Positions 7,845-18,534 of a DNA stretch of 64,000 nucleotides are shown here, piece by piece. Positions within the stretch are counted from its first letter, which is position 1. The number at the start of each line of letters is the position of its first letter. The DNA comes from Oligoflexia bacterium. GTDB taxonomy: Bacteria > Bdellovibrionota > UBA1018. Both the position numbers and the translations under genes were made by a program. The notes beneath the pieces were generated by a model that saw nothing but the letters and a program-made list of their open reading frames with translations, was not told the origin of the DNA and made no database searches. The stretch spans positions 1 through 64,000 of the forward strand of contig CAVWVI010000004.1 of assembly GCA_963758495.1 (NCBI GenBank). The letters run 5' to 3'.

Positions 7845-10517
7845 TTACCTTGGCCGGCGTACACCTACAGCCGACAGTACAACACACCGGGCTGCTTCAT
7901 CATCAACACGACCGTCTAAGATGAGAACGCCATGGGTGCCATTGAAGACATGACCAAAGTCAACAACATTTGGATAACTGAATGACGCCCAAAATATATT
8001 TTCATACAAATGAGGTAAAAACTGTGGAATGTAACCCATCAACACTCTCCCACCCATATCCTTTATCAGAGCATCGAATTCTTTTTCAGTCGGCAGATGA
8101 GCTCCAGTCGCATTGCAATAGAGTTCTGCGTCCTTGAAACTCATCTTCCGAATAGAACCATCTTCATTCCTAATCACATCACCCCAGATTACTCCTCTTG
8201 GATCCATCCAAGCATTCTCAAAGAACTTTCCATGATGAGCTATGAGAGCCGCCCTCCATTGAGGGTCATTTGAAATACGCGTGTATTTAATTTCTGGTTG
8301 ATCTATTGCATGAGGTGGATACCCCCAGGGGTAGTCAAAGTCAGCCAACGTAGCAGAGAGTCGTTTTTGAGTGTAGCTATCGTCCATAGGAAGCTGTGCT
8401 TGCAACCTTTTTGCTATTGGATAAAGAGTATCCAAGTGGTTTTGAACAATTTTTTGAAATGCAAAAAGTTTTACTTCATTGGAAGAAAGGGGCAAAGAAT
8501 AAATTAGATTGGTTTTAATAAGTTTTGAATTGACCTCCAATTGATCCCAGTTCTTCTCTGTAGCAAACCAATAGAGAAGTAATGGGGAGAACTGAGTATT
8601 GGATCTACTTGTCTCTCTACTTGTCTCTCTACTTATTCGTTTGGACACCTCTTGCGCTAATTGATCTTTCCAGCTTTCTCGACTACCATAAATTTCCTGG
8701 ATGACAAAATGTCCTTTCTTAAATTGCCAGATAAAGCTGGACTTTCCATTAATACTAAACTCAATATCTGCATACTTCATTTCGTTGATCAGGTTATTAC
8801 TTTGATCTTTATTAGGCAAACCTCTTAGGTTCCAACTGAGTTCAAAGTCATGCCTGGAAAGAGTTTTACAAAGTTCATCTAAATGCTCAGACCGCTTCTT
8901 GACTTGGGGGAGATTGAGTAATCGATCCAGAACCACCATCATATTGTCAATTCCGCTTCCCTCACTGCTGATTTCACATTGTGGGGTGACAGCCGGTTTT
9001 ATGTAATTTACCCCCTCATGACGAGAGGTAATGGTTTCGCTCCATTCATCTCTCACTGCTTGATTCACTGAAGCAGCTGGGTCGGAATGCTTCTGGTAGA
9101 ATAAAATTAAATTCGGGTTGATCTGTTGATCAGGATTTTTGTCTTGCCGTTGAGCCAAGTACCGAGCATTAAATTTTTCGCTGATTGGATCATAAACCAC
9201 AATGTTTAAAAAATTTCTAAGGCTGGTCTCTCCACAATCAGCATAACCCCCTCCACCCAAACTTGAGTGTTTGGCTACACCATAAGATAGAATCGGAGCC
9301 AAAGACTTATTTGTTAGATTGTCTTGATGGGAATAAAAAACTAGTTTTTCCGGATGATCAAGAAAGTCCGCTACAACTCTCTGTACAGTCTTCTTCGAAT
9401 CTCCTTTGAGATTCACTAAGAGACTCGCTAAATCAAAATCAGTTTTGGTATATTTCTGAGCAAGAAAGTCCTGCTGCTGCTGATCATCTTCCAAAAATGC
9501 TTCGTTTTTAAGGATACCCAAAAGAATGGCTGGCGAATGATTCAATAAACTGGCCGCTCTACTATGAGGGTGAGCCATCCCTTTCAAGAGTCGGATAAAA
9601 TCTTGTTTTTCATTTCCTTTTTTCCAAAAGTAGGCAAGAAGGATTTGTTCCGGAAGATGCTTGGGATAAAGCCGCGACGAACCTCTAGACTCTTTGAGCG
9701 CATTCACCAGAAGACTCGCAATCTCTTCAAAGTCCCTTTCCTTGCCTTTTCCTTTTTTTGGAGAATTTAAAGCTGGAGGTTCTGAGCCAGGATTGAAGCT
9801 CTTGAGGATTATTTTAATAGTAGCAATCCGCTCTTGGAGTTTTTGGCATCCATCGCATTGTTTTTTTGCTGGTCTTCTGATGAGGTTTTTCAACTGAACT
9901 TCGGCATTTTTTCGTAACCTCACGTAATAGCTTTGAGGATTCATTTCCTCATAGAGAACGTCTTTGAGATTGGCGATCCATTCTTGGGTTTTTTCTGGAC
10001 TTTCCAGTTCTGAATCTTCCATACGAGCCATCTGACCTAAAACCTTTCCGACGGTTTCAGGTCTCAAATGCGAAATAGGATCCGAGTTGATCTGGTTGGC
10101 AACGAAATTCACACCATCCTGAGATGGAAAAAGTCTTTGAATCAGCGCTGAAATTGCGTCTTGAGGACAATCTTCATTTTTAGCTAAGAGTTCATGAACT
10201 CGGGTCAATTTTTCGAGACAATCCAAGCCCTGTCTTTTAGGCCCGTAATTTCCATAAAATCTCATATTCTCAAGCGTCTTCGTGCCCAGCAGCGTAAATC
10301 CGTAAATAGGAGAAAGGTGCTCAAACTCAGGGTTGACTAAATCATGAACACCCTTCATATCCTGATAATTGATTTCCGCAAAGCAGGGGGGACTGACAGA
10401 AACCTCAAAAAAAATCCCAATATAAAGAAGTGGAAGAACATTCATCCTTTTCAAGAGTTGTGATTTCCATTTTGAATCCATTCTTCTTATCTTAGGAGAA
10501 GTATATACAAACAACAA
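7845..10517 (-). CDS. Large exported effector-like protein with C-terminal DUF1566/C-type-lectin-fold domain
   Basis: Signal-like segment ending PPCFA. Central YADCGETSLRNF motif. C-terminus GVIW..MSFKDAELYC..HLPTEKEF..FWAS..FNGTHG..ARCV matches the CLec/DUF1566 pattern. Confidence 0.75.
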   Translation of the reverse strand: MLFVYTSPKIRRMDSKWKSQLLKRMNVLPLLYIGIFFEVSVSPPCFAEINYQDMKGVHDLVNPEFEHLSPIYGFTLLGTKTLENMRFYGNYGPKRQGLDCLEKLTRVHELLAKNEDCPQDAISALIQRLFPSQDGVNFVANQINSDPISHLRPETVGKVLGQMARMEDSELESPEKTQEWIANLKDVLYEEMNPQSYYVRLRKNAEVQLKNLIRRPAKKQCDGCQKLQERIATIKIILKSFNPGSEPPALNSPKKGKGKERDFEEIASLLVNALKESRGSSRLYPKHLPEQILLAYFWKKGNEKQDFIRLLKGMAHPHSRAASLLNHSPAILLGILKNEAFLEDDQQQQDFLAQKYTKTDFDLASLLVNLKGDSKKTVQRVVADFLDHPEKLVFYSHQDNLTNKSLAPILSYGVAKHSSLGGGGYADCGETSLRNFLNIVVYDPISEKFNARYLAQRQDKNPDQQINPNLILFYQKHSDPAASVNQAVRDEWSETITSRHEGVNYIKPAVTPQCEISSEGSGIDNMMVVLDRLLNLPQVKKRSEHLDELCKTLSRHDFELSWNLRGLPNKDQSNNLINEMKYADIEFSINGKSSFIWQFKKGHFVIQEIYGSRESWKDQLAQEVSKRISRETSRETSRSNTQFSPLLLYWFATEKNWDQLEVNSKLIKTNLIYSLPLSSNEVKLFAFQKIVQNHLDTLYPIAKRLQAQLPMDDSYTQKRLSATLADFDYPWGYPPHAIDQPEIKYTRISNDPQWRAALIAHHGKFFENAWMDPRGVIWGDVIRNEDGSIRKMSFKDAELYCNATGAHLPTEKEFDALIKDMGGRVLMGYIPQFLPHLYENIFWASFSYPNVVDFGHVFNGTHGVLILDGRVDDEAARCVVLSAVGVRRPR

Positions 10518-10566
10518 TAAATACGACTGAATGCCTAATATCCCTTAAGGAACTATCGACAATGAA

Positions 10567-12501
10567 TTGACAGTACGGACCCATTTACAGCATGATACTG
10601 GGATGAAATCCTATTTTAAACGATTTGTTATTGGCATCCTTTTTCTTTCGTTTTCAGCCTGTAGCACTGAACCTGCAAAAACAGGCTCTCAGGAATCGCC
10701 TTCAAATATACCCAGCAGTGGAACTGAAACGATTGCTATCGTAGGAACCAATGATATCCATGGAACGCTCGCCCCACTCTCTTTAAAAACTCGAGAAACA
10801 GAAGGCTCAAAAGGAATCTCCTATGAGGCGGGTGGAGCTGCTGTTCTAGCAAGTTATATTAAAATTCTGCGTGAAGAGTTCGGCGATCATATGATTTGGC
10901 TAGATGGAGGTGATGAATTTCAAGGTTCAATTGAAAGCAATTTAGAATTTGGCGCACCCATGGTTCGGTTTTTTAATAACACTGGATTGAATGCTGCCGC
11001 GATTGGAAATCATGAGTTTGATTTTGGACTCCCTGTTTTAGAATCAAGAATGAGAGAAGCGCACTACCCTTACCTAGCAGCTAATATTAGCGACAAAGCA
11101 ACCGGTAACCTTGCCTCGTTTCCAAATACGCTTCCTCACACTTTGATTCAAGTTGGAAATCTTAAAGTTGGAATTATTGGTCTTTCCACGCAAGATACTC
11201 CAACCACCACTCGTGCCGCCAACGTAGCTACGCTTAAATTTGATGATTTAAAATCTGCAACATTACTGGAATCAATTGCACTTCGTAAGCAGGGCGCTCA
11301 CATCATTCTGATCACAGCTCATGCAGGCTTAAAATGCGAGCCGGGCCGAGTATCGGCAGGCAGATTAATGAGAAAATCTTCAGATCCTCAAGGAGAGTGT
11401 GGAGACCAAGATGAAATCGTCAAGGTTTTGCGTTCATTGCCTACAGGAATAGTAGACGGTGTGGTTTCAGGTCATACACACACTCTAGTTCATCATTGGG
11501 TGGCCAATGTTCCTGTGATTCAAGGAGGGGCTTTTGGCCGTTATTTAAACGTTATTTATCTTACATACGACTGGGCACAGAAGAAACTCCTGGATGATTT
11601 AACCCTGATTGAAGGACCTGTTCCCGTTTGTAGACGAGTTTTTCAAAATCAAAATGATTGTAATGGAGATCGACCCGCACCCAAAAAGGGGCGAGGTCCT
11701 TTAGTACCCTTAACGTTTCATGGCAAAACCATTAAACCCGACTCAAAGATTGACTCTTTGCTACAGCCAATTTTGGCTAAATCAGAAGTTGAAAAGCAAA
11801 AAATATTAGGAATGGCTGTCCAACCCATTGACATCAATCACAATGGAGAATCAGCATTAGGAAATTTAATGGCGGATGCCATTCGAAGTGCGGCAGGGAC
11901 TGATTTTGCCTATGTCAATCGAGGTGGAATTCGTGCGCCCCTCGAAGCCGGTCCCATCACCTATGGCGCAGTGTTTCGATCTTCGCCTTTTGAGAACTCG
12001 ATTGCAACTCTGCGCGTTACAAGCAAAGAATTAGAAATGATCCTCCGAGTCGCTGAAAGTGGCTCTCGCGGTTTTGGATCCGTGTCTGGACTTCGTTTAA
12101 GATTGATCAATCCTGCCTATCATGCACCGAATAATGATCTAAATGGAAATGGCGTGTCTGAACCGTGGGAAACCAATCGACTTTTGGAGATCACCCTACC
12201 CAACGGAAAGCCCCTGGATCCAAATCGGTACTACACCTTAGCCACTATTGATTTTTTAGTCACCGGTGGTGACGATATGGGCTGGCCTATGTCAAAAATT
12301 CCAGCAGACCGCATCCAAATGTCATCCAATCTTTTGGCGCGAAATGCGTTGATCCAATACATTCAGAAGAGCGGTCCACTCAACGATAGGGATCATTTAT
12401 TAATGGACCCAGAGCATCCACGATTAAAATTTGAAAAACCCCTTCCTCAGAAAACAAAAAAGAAAGCAAGAAAAGGAGGAAGCAGGAGAAAATCCAAATA
12501 A
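10567..12501 (+). CDS. 5'-nucleotidase / metallophosphoesterase lipoprotein
   Basis: TNDIHG, LDGGDEFQG, GNHEFD, SGHTH and NRGGIR motifs; lipobox FSAC (likely ATG 10603). Confidence 0.92.
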   Translation: MTVRTHLQHDTGMKSYFKRFVIGILFLSFSACSTEPAKTGSQESPSNIPSSGTETIAIVGTNDIHGTLAPLSLKTRETEGSKGISYEAGGAAVLASYIKILREEFGDHMIWLDGGDEFQGSIESNLEFGAPMVRFFNNTGLNAAAIGNHEFDFGLPVLESRMREAHYPYLAANISDKATGNLASFPNTLPHTLIQVGNLKVGIIGLSTQDTPTTTRAANVATLKFDDLKSATLLESIALRKQGAHIILITAHAGLKCEPGRVSAGRLMRKSSDPQGECGDQDEIVKVLRSLPTGIVDGVVSGHTHTLVHHWVANVPVIQGGAFGRYLNVIYLTYDWAQKKLLDDLTLIEGPVPVCRRVFQNQNDCNGDRPAPKKGRGPLVPLTFHGKTIKPDSKIDSLLQPILAKSEVEKQKILGMAVQPIDINHNGESALGNLMADAIRSAAGTDFAYVNRGGIRAPLEAGPITYGAVFRSSPFENSIATLRVTSKELEMILRVAESGSRGFGSVSGLRLRLINPAYHAPNNDLNGNGVSEPWETNRLLEITLPNGKPLDPNRYYTLATIDFLVTGGDDMGWPMSKIPADRIQMSSNLLARNALIQYIQKSGPLNDRDHLLMDPEHPRLKFEKPLPQKTKKKARKGGSRRKSK

Positions 12502-12518
12502 TATGGTAAAATCGTTCT

Positions 12519-14759
12519 ATGAATAAAGAACAGGGTCCACTTTCTGGGCAAGAGACTTTAGGCTTCATCGATCAAGCTATAAAAAAGGATTTTGATTCGA
12601 ATCGGAGAATATTAAGTTTTAAAGAATACCTGTCGCTTTTTTTAGAACAACCCAAACTACAAGCGAGGGGGTCAGCCCAATATTTAGTGGATATGATGGA
12701 CTTCTATGGGACCACCTCTTTGGAAACAGGTTGTCGCTACAAACTCTTCGACTTCCCTATAGATGGAATCGCCCCTAAGATTATTGGACATGAGTGGGTT
12801 CAAAGCCAAATTTATCGAGCGCTCAAGGCATTTGCCAGACAAGGCCTGAATAATAAGCTGATTCTTCTTCACGGCCCCAATGGAAGTGCAAAGAGCTCAA
12901 TAATTCATGCAATGATGGGTGGTGTTGAACGTTACTCAAAAGAACCCGAGGGAGCTACTTATAGTTTTAATTGGATTTTTCCGATTGAACGGTACACGCG
13001 AGAGGGTATAGGAATTAACACTTACTCACCTAGCAAAGAAACCCTCACTACTTATGCAAACCTTCCCGACGACGAAGTGGCAGCCCGAATACCATGTGAG
13101 ATGAAAGATCATCCTCTTTTAGTCATCCCACAAGAGCATCGCAGAGATTTTTTGGAAAAACTCATGGGTGTAAAGAATATCCATCCAATCTGGGATTCTC
13201 TTCCAAGTTATTTAACGCGGGGAGATCTTTGCCATCGCTGCAAACAAATTTTTGATGCTCTCCTGATTTCAAATAGTGGAGATTTTCGAAAAATACTGAT
13301 GAATGTGCAAATAGAACGACTCTATTTTTCTCGAAGATACCGGAAAAGCTTAGTCACTATTGAGCCCCAAATGCATGTCGATGCTCAATATCGACAACTC
13401 AGTTATAATAAGAGTTTAAGTTCACTGCCCGCTTCATTACAAGGGATTAATCTTTTCTCGCTGGATGGAGATCTTGTCGATGGGAATCGTGGCATTGTTG
13501 AATTCAGCGATTTACTCAAACGTCCGGTAGATACCTTTAAGTACTTATTAGGTGCATGTGAAACCGGTGCAGTGAACGTTGGAAATAGTATTGCCTATCT
13601 TGATTCCGTCTTGTTGGGATCTACCAATGAAGTTCAACTGGATGCATTCAAAGATTTCCCCGACTTTACAAGCTTTAAAGCACGGATCGAACTGGTCCGT
13701 GTCCCCTATTTACTCTCCGTCAGTGAGGAACAAGAAATCTATGCACCTCTATTGCCACAAATTGCAGGTGAAAAACATACGTCTCCTCATGTGGCATGGA
13801 CTATCGCACTGTGGGCTGTTTTGAGTCGACTCAAAAAGCCAAATAGTATCAACTATCCTCCTCCAGTCAGCACTCTTATTTCAAATTTAACGCCAATGGA
13901 AAAAGCTCGCCTCTACGATTCGGGAGACCTGCCGAACTCAATTTCTGCAGAGGATCGAAAATTACTCAGGGCTTCTCTCCGAAAGTTAAAAGAAGAGTAT
14001 GTCAACATCCCGTATTATGAAGGTCGAATGGGCGCATCCGCTCGAGAAATGAAAACCATTTTATTTGATGCGGCTCAAAATCCTGAATTTCATTGCCTAT
14101 CACCTCTTGCGGTATTGCGCGAATTGGAAGAGTTTATAAAAAGAATCAGCGAATACGACTTCCTTAAGCAGGATGTTAAAGATGGCTTTCATGACTCAGC
14201 AGAATTTATCAATACTGTACGGAATGAATATTTAAATAAAATTGACCGGGAAGTAAAAGATTCAATCGGAATTTATAACTCAACCCAATGGGAAGATTTC
14301 TTAAAAAAGTATGTGTCCCATATTTCTCTTATTTTGAAAAAAGAAAAAATAAAAAACCCAATGACCGGAAAACTAGAAGATCCTGATTTCACTCTGGTTT
14401 CTGAATTTGAAAAAATCGTAGGTGCTCCGGATGATTCTAATGAGCGGGATTCATTTAGACAAAATATGATTTCTCAAATCGGAGTGTGGTCTCTCGATCA
14501 TCCGAAAGACCCCATGGTTTATGCACGAGTATTTCCAGAATATTGGAAAAAACTAGAGAAACATTATTTTGAGACTCAAAAAAGCCTCCTCACAAATATG
14601 AGCAATGCACTCCTCGTTTATGGTACAGATGAGGACGATGCTACATCCGAGGGTGGCATTTTAGCCAGAAAAACGGTAGATAACATGAAGGCGAAACTGG
14701 GCTATTGTGAAGTATGCGCAAAAGAAGTAATCACTCTTTTAATGCGTCAACGATATTAA
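12519..14759 (+). CDS. prkA: PrkA/YeaG family AAA+ serine protein kinase
   Basis: LLHGPNGSAKS Walker A, GNRGIVEFSDLLKRP, YEGRMGASAREM. Confidence 0.85.
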   Translation: MNKEQGPLSGQETLGFIDQAIKKDFDSNRRILSFKEYLSLFLEQPKLQARGSAQYLVDMMDFYGTTSLETGCRYKLFDFPIDGIAPKIIGHEWVQSQIYRALKAFARQGLNNKLILLHGPNGSAKSSIIHAMMGGVERYSKEPEGATYSFNWIFPIERYTREGIGINTYSPSKETLTTYANLPDDEVAARIPCEMKDHPLLVIPQEHRRDFLEKLMGVKNIHPIWDSLPSYLTRGDLCHRCKQIFDALLISNSGDFRKILMNVQIERLYFSRRYRKSLVTIEPQMHVDAQYRQLSYNKSLSSLPASLQGINLFSLDGDLVDGNRGIVEFSDLLKRPVDTFKYLLGACETGAVNVGNSIAYLDSVLLGSTNEVQLDAFKDFPDFTSFKARIELVRVPYLLSVSEEQEIYAPLLPQIAGEKHTSPHVAWTIALWAVLSRLKKPNSINYPPPVSTLISNLTPMEKARLYDSGDLPNSISAEDRKLLRASLRKLKEEYVNIPYYEGRMGASAREMKTILFDAAQNPEFHCLSPLAVLRELEEFIKRISEYDFLKQDVKDGFHDSAEFINTVRNEYLNKIDREVKDSIGIYNSTQWEDFLKKYVSHISLILKKEKIKNPMTGKLEDPDFTLVSEFEKIVGAPDDSNERDSFRQNMISQIGVWSLDHPKDPMVYARVFPEYWKKLEKHYFETQKSLLTNMSNALLVYGTDEDDATSEGGILARKTVDNMKAKLGYCEVCAKEVITLLMRQRY

Positions 14760-14789
14760 ATTATTTTAGTTGTTAGGCCTTTTAAAAAG

Positions 14790-15827
14790 ATGAATATTAC
14801 GCACAGTATTACTACTGACCACTATTTGGTCACTCATTCGGTTGGTCCAAACCAACAGGGAATCCGATTAGACGCATTTCTCAAGGAACGCTACCACAGA
14901 CGATCCAGAGAGCAGCTCAAACGCGCGATCGGATTAGGGGTGATATCAGTTCGCCGAAATCAAGGACCTCATCTCACAGTCGGGCGCGCCAAACCAAGTT
15001 CTCAACTCATTCCCGGCGATGAAGTTCTTGTCCTCACAGAGAGAAAACCAGAACCTACTGTTAACTTTGATTATAGCATTTTATTTGAAGACGAAAATCT
15101 GTTTGTCATTAATAAGCCCCCCCAACTCCCCGTCCATCCGGCGGGGCGATATTTTTTTAATACACTTTTGACTCACCTAAAAACTCAAGGGCATAAAACC
15201 CCTCTCAATGCTGATCAAGATTATTACCTCGTTCATCGAATTGATAAAGAAACGAGTGGAGTTTTAGTTTTAGCTAAAAATAAAGCAGCTTGTACGCATA
15301 TCACTCAACAATTTGCCGATCGAACTACACTGAAGCGTTACATTGCAATTGTGCGGGGTCACTGTCCTGAAAGTTTTTCAATCGATGTTGCTTTACATCG
15401 AGCCACACACTCTTTAATTTCACTTAAAATGGTTCCTACATCTCTCAGTGAGGGAGGACTACCCTCTTTTACTTCTTTTAAACGACTTCAAATTGCGGGA
15501 GATTATTCCTTAGTCGAGTGTTTTCCTAAAACGGGTAGACAACACCAAATCAGAGTTCATTTAGAAGCTGCGGGACATCCTATTGTAGGAGATAAGCTTT
15601 ACGGAATCCCTGAATCAGAAGCTCTTCGATTTTACGATCGGAAATACCTTACCCCGGAAGCCGAAGCAAAGCTATTGCTCCCACGACATGCTCTCCATGC
15701 CGCTTCCATTCAATTCGTCCATCCCATCACCAAAAAGATGATGGAATTTCAAGCCCCCCTACCTCGTGATCTCCGAGATTTTCTTGATTTTCAAAAACAG
15801 AAAGAAGTACCATGCTCCGCAAGTTAG
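14790..15827 (+). CDS. RluA/RluD family pseudouridine synthase
   Basis: S4-like RLDAFL, NKPPQLPVHP, HRIDKETSG, TGRQHQIRVH. Confidence 0.93.
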   Translation: MNITHSITTDHYLVTHSVGPNQQGIRLDAFLKERYHRRSREQLKRAIGLGVISVRRNQGPHLTVGRAKPSSQLIPGDEVLVLTERKPEPTVNFDYSILFEDENLFVINKPPQLPVHPAGRYFFNTLLTHLKTQGHKTPLNADQDYYLVHRIDKETSGVLVLAKNKAACTHITQQFADRTTLKRYIAIVRGHCPESFSIDVALHRATHSLISLKMVPTSLSEGGLPSFTSFKRLQIAGDYSLVECFPKTGRQHQIRVHLEAAGHPIVGDKLYGIPESEALRFYDRKYLTPEAEAKLLLPRHALHAASIQFVHPITKKMMEFQAPLPRDLRDFLDFQKQKEVPCSAS

Positions 15828-16414
15828 AGGAACAAATGAATCCAGATCCAATGATCCAGTTTTTAGAATGGTATGATGAGGCGACTCAAGCGCAAGTTAA
15901 AAACCCAGACGCGATGACTCTCGCTACAGCAACACGAAGTGGAATCCCATCTGCGAGGATCGTACTCTTCAAAGGAATGAATAAAAAGGGCATTCGCTTT
16001 TTCACTAATTTTCAAAGTAGAAAAGGTAAGGAATTGCGATCGAATCCTCGAGCTGCTCTTGTATTTTATTGGCCCGAGGTCAATCGCCAAATACGAGTTG
16101 AAGGTAAAATTAAAAAAGTCACTCAGCTTGAGTCAGATCAATATTGGCAACTGAGACCGTTAGAAAGTCGTTTGGGCGCTCTTGCCTCTCAACAAAGCGC
16201 TGTCATTTCGAGTCGTGAAGAAATGATTCAAACCTTTGAACGATTAAAAAAGAAATTTACCGGTAAAGAAATTCCTCGCCCTTCACATTGGGGAGGCTTT
16301 TGTCTTCTGCCTCACCGGATTGAATTTTGGACTGAAGGGGAAAACCGACTTCATGATCGATTTTGCTATATCCATAAAAAAAACCAATGGGAACTCTATC
16401 GACTCTCTCCCTAA
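15812..16414 (+). CDS. pdxH: Pyridoxamine 5'-phosphate oxidase
   Basis: MTLAT, PSARIVLFK, SRKG, RQIRVEG, EFW..NRLHDR, RLSP C-terminus. Confidence 0.95.
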   Translation: MLRKLEEQMNPDPMIQFLEWYDEATQAQVKNPDAMTLATATRSGIPSARIVLFKGMNKKGIRFFTNFQSRKGKELRSNPRAALVFYWPEVNRQIRVEGKIKKVTQLESDQYWQLRPLESRLGALASQQSAVISSREEMIQTFERLKKKFTGKEIPRPSHWGGFCLLPHRIEFWTEGENRLHDRFCYIHKKNQWELYRLSP

Positions 16415-17649
16415 TGTCCCTCAAAGCGATCGAGAAGTCTGGCAACCAGCATGTCACTCATCACATTGACGGTAGCCCGTAATCGTCCAATAAACCAATC
16501 CACTGACATTAAAGCGGGTACAAGAGCCAATGGAAGCTGAGAAGTGGTTAAAACTAACGACAAGGTGATTAAGCCCGCATCGGGAACACCTGCAATTCCT
16601 ATCGCAGCAAAGACAGATGAGGCCATAATCACGGCCTTTTGAAACATCGAAAGATGAATGCCAAAAACTTGGGCAATAAAAAGTGCTGCAACCACTTCGT
16701 AGAGTAAAATTCCTACATGATTCAAATGAGAACCCATACAAGCCGATAATCGAGAAGATTCCTGCGACACCTTCATTTTTTCTTGCAATGTTTTTAAAGT
16801 AACAGGGAGTGTTACTAAACTACTTCCGGTAGCAAATGCTGTCACTAAAGCCTCTGCTCCCTCAGTCAAGAATAGAACTGGCGAAACACGCACCACAAAA
16901 AATAAAAGAATGGAATAATAAATTCCTATATAAATCCCAAATCCCAAAACAATCCACGCCACAAATGAAAATAAAAGAGAAAAGAAACGAAAACCATTCA
17001 GCCCCACTAAATTTGCAATCACACCAAATACTGCAAACGGCACTAGCTTCACAATGATCCCTAAGATACTTGAAAGAAGTTTAAATCCTGCACTGAAGAA
17101 CTTCTCCAAGACCAAAATATCCGAAGTATTTTCTTTAACTTTCTTTAAATGCCGTAAGCCCAACCCCACTAAAAGTGCAATCAGGATCACTGAAATCACA
17201 TTATTGGTTGCAAAGGGTTCGAGAATACTTTGAGGTACAAAACCACTCAAGGCTTTCATAAAATCCATTGAGAGTGCTTGCGATGGACTATCAGGCACTT
17301 TGCCTTTTATATTTTCAATTAAATGAGCTAAATCAAGGCTTCCACCAAAAGAAAATAACTCTGATAGAGAAAGAGCAATCAATCCCGCGATCACTGCATT
17401 AAAACCACTGACACAAAAAAGTCGAATCGCGCTTCTAGCCTGAATTTGGGTTTTACAAAATGCATCAATGATAGCAAAAAAAATGAGCGGAGTTGCGAGT
17501 GTCTTTAAAAGACGAATGAGTAAAGTTCCTAATTCACCTAGAATTTCCGCTTTGCTGCCAAATACGAATCCCACGAGAGAACCCAAAATCACTGCGGTAG
17601 CTATTTGGTAAATATAGAGTGACTTTTTATCATCTTTACCTTTTCTCAT
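16411..17649 (-). CDS. Dicarboxylate/amino acid:cation symporter (DAACS)
   Basis: Multi-TM protein; AFATGSSLVTLP, AGVP, DWFIGRLRATVNVMSD. Confidence 0.9.
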   Translation of the reverse strand: MRKGKDDKKSLYIYQIATAVILGSLVGFVFGSKAEILGELGTLLIRLLKTLATPLIFFAIIDAFCKTQIQARSAIRLFCVSGFNAVIAGLIALSLSELFSFGGSLDLAHLIENIKGKVPDSPSQALSMDFMKALSGFVPQSILEPFATNNVISVILIALLVGLGLRHLKKVKENTSDILVLEKFFSAGFKLLSSILGIIVKLVPFAVFGVIANLVGLNGFRFFSLLFSFVAWIVLGFGIYIGIYYSILLFFVVRVSPVLFLTEGAEALVTAFATGSSLVTLPVTLKTLQEKMKVSQESSRLSACMGSHLNHVGILLYEVVAALFIAQVFGIHLSMFQKAVIMASSVFAAIGIAGVPDAGLITLSLVLTTSQLPLALVPALMSVDWFIGRLRATVNVMSDMLVARLLDRFEGH

Positions 17650-18534
17650 TCAGTCGTTTCGGACTCCATATAAGGTTGTCGAAACAGGTTTTTGAGAAAT
17701 AAGTTTTTGAACCATCTCCGCAAAGCCATGACCACTCTCACCCGTCGTGATCCAGGTCGGAGGGTGAACCAACCGATCCAGATATTTTCCTAGGTTAGCC
17801 ACACCGACTGAATACCGAAAGCTCGCAAACATAGGCTCATCATTAGGAGAATCTCCAATATAAAGCCATTGGTCTGGGTTTTTGCAACCCGAAGCCCCCT
17901 GCTCTAACCAATACTGAAATCCCTTACTTTTATCATAATTCCCAAACCACGCATTCACATGAATACTTGAAAGCTTGGCGTGAGCACCTTCTTGAGCACA
18001 TAAAGCTAAGAGTTCATTGATGTCACTCATTTTCCAAGGTTCAACGTCTTCACAAATATCAATCGCAAGGTCGTACTCACGATAGTGTTGATCAGAAGCC
18101 CATATTGCCTTTGGAAATCGCTCTTTAATTTTTTTACTCAGTTGAATCAACTTCTCTTTTAATATTTTTTCATCCGCACCTGCAGGAGTATTCATTCTTT
18201 TTCTAATTTTCTGCTCCATGAAAAAAGTGAACGCTCCATTTTCGCCCACCACTGCATCCACTGGCCAAAATCGAGCGATATGATCACACCAGCCTGCAGG
18301 TCGACCCGTAATAGGAACAACAATAAAACCTGCTTCTTTTAACTGCCACAAAGCAGAATAAGCTTCGGAAGTTAACTTTCCATGTGTAGATAAAGTATCG
18401 TCAATATCCAAACAGATTGCCCGAATATTCTTCAGTTCATCTAAGCTCGCTTCACTCCAAGGCTTAGGCGAAATCTTTAATGGAGTGCTAGAAGCTTTTA
18501 TTTTTTTTGAATCTGAACACAGGTCAGATGACAT
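17650..18534 (-). CDS. HAD-IIB family hydrolase
   Basis: DIDDT, TGRPAGW, GENG and GDSPND motifs. Confidence 0.88.
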   Translation of the reverse strand: MSSDLCSDSKKIKASSTPLKISPKPWSEASLDELKNIRAICLDIDDTLSTHGKLTSEAYSALWQLKEAGFIVVPITGRPAGWCDHIARFWPVDAVVGENGAFTFFMEQKIRKRMNTPAGADEKILKEKLIQLSKKIKERFPKAIWASDQHYREYDLAIDICEDVEPWKMSDINELLALCAQEGAHAKLSSIHVNAWFGNYDKSKGFQYWLEQGASGCKNPDQWLYIGDSPNDEPMFASFRYSVGVANLGKYLDRLVHPPTWITTGESGHGFAEMVQKLISQKPVSTTLYGVRND

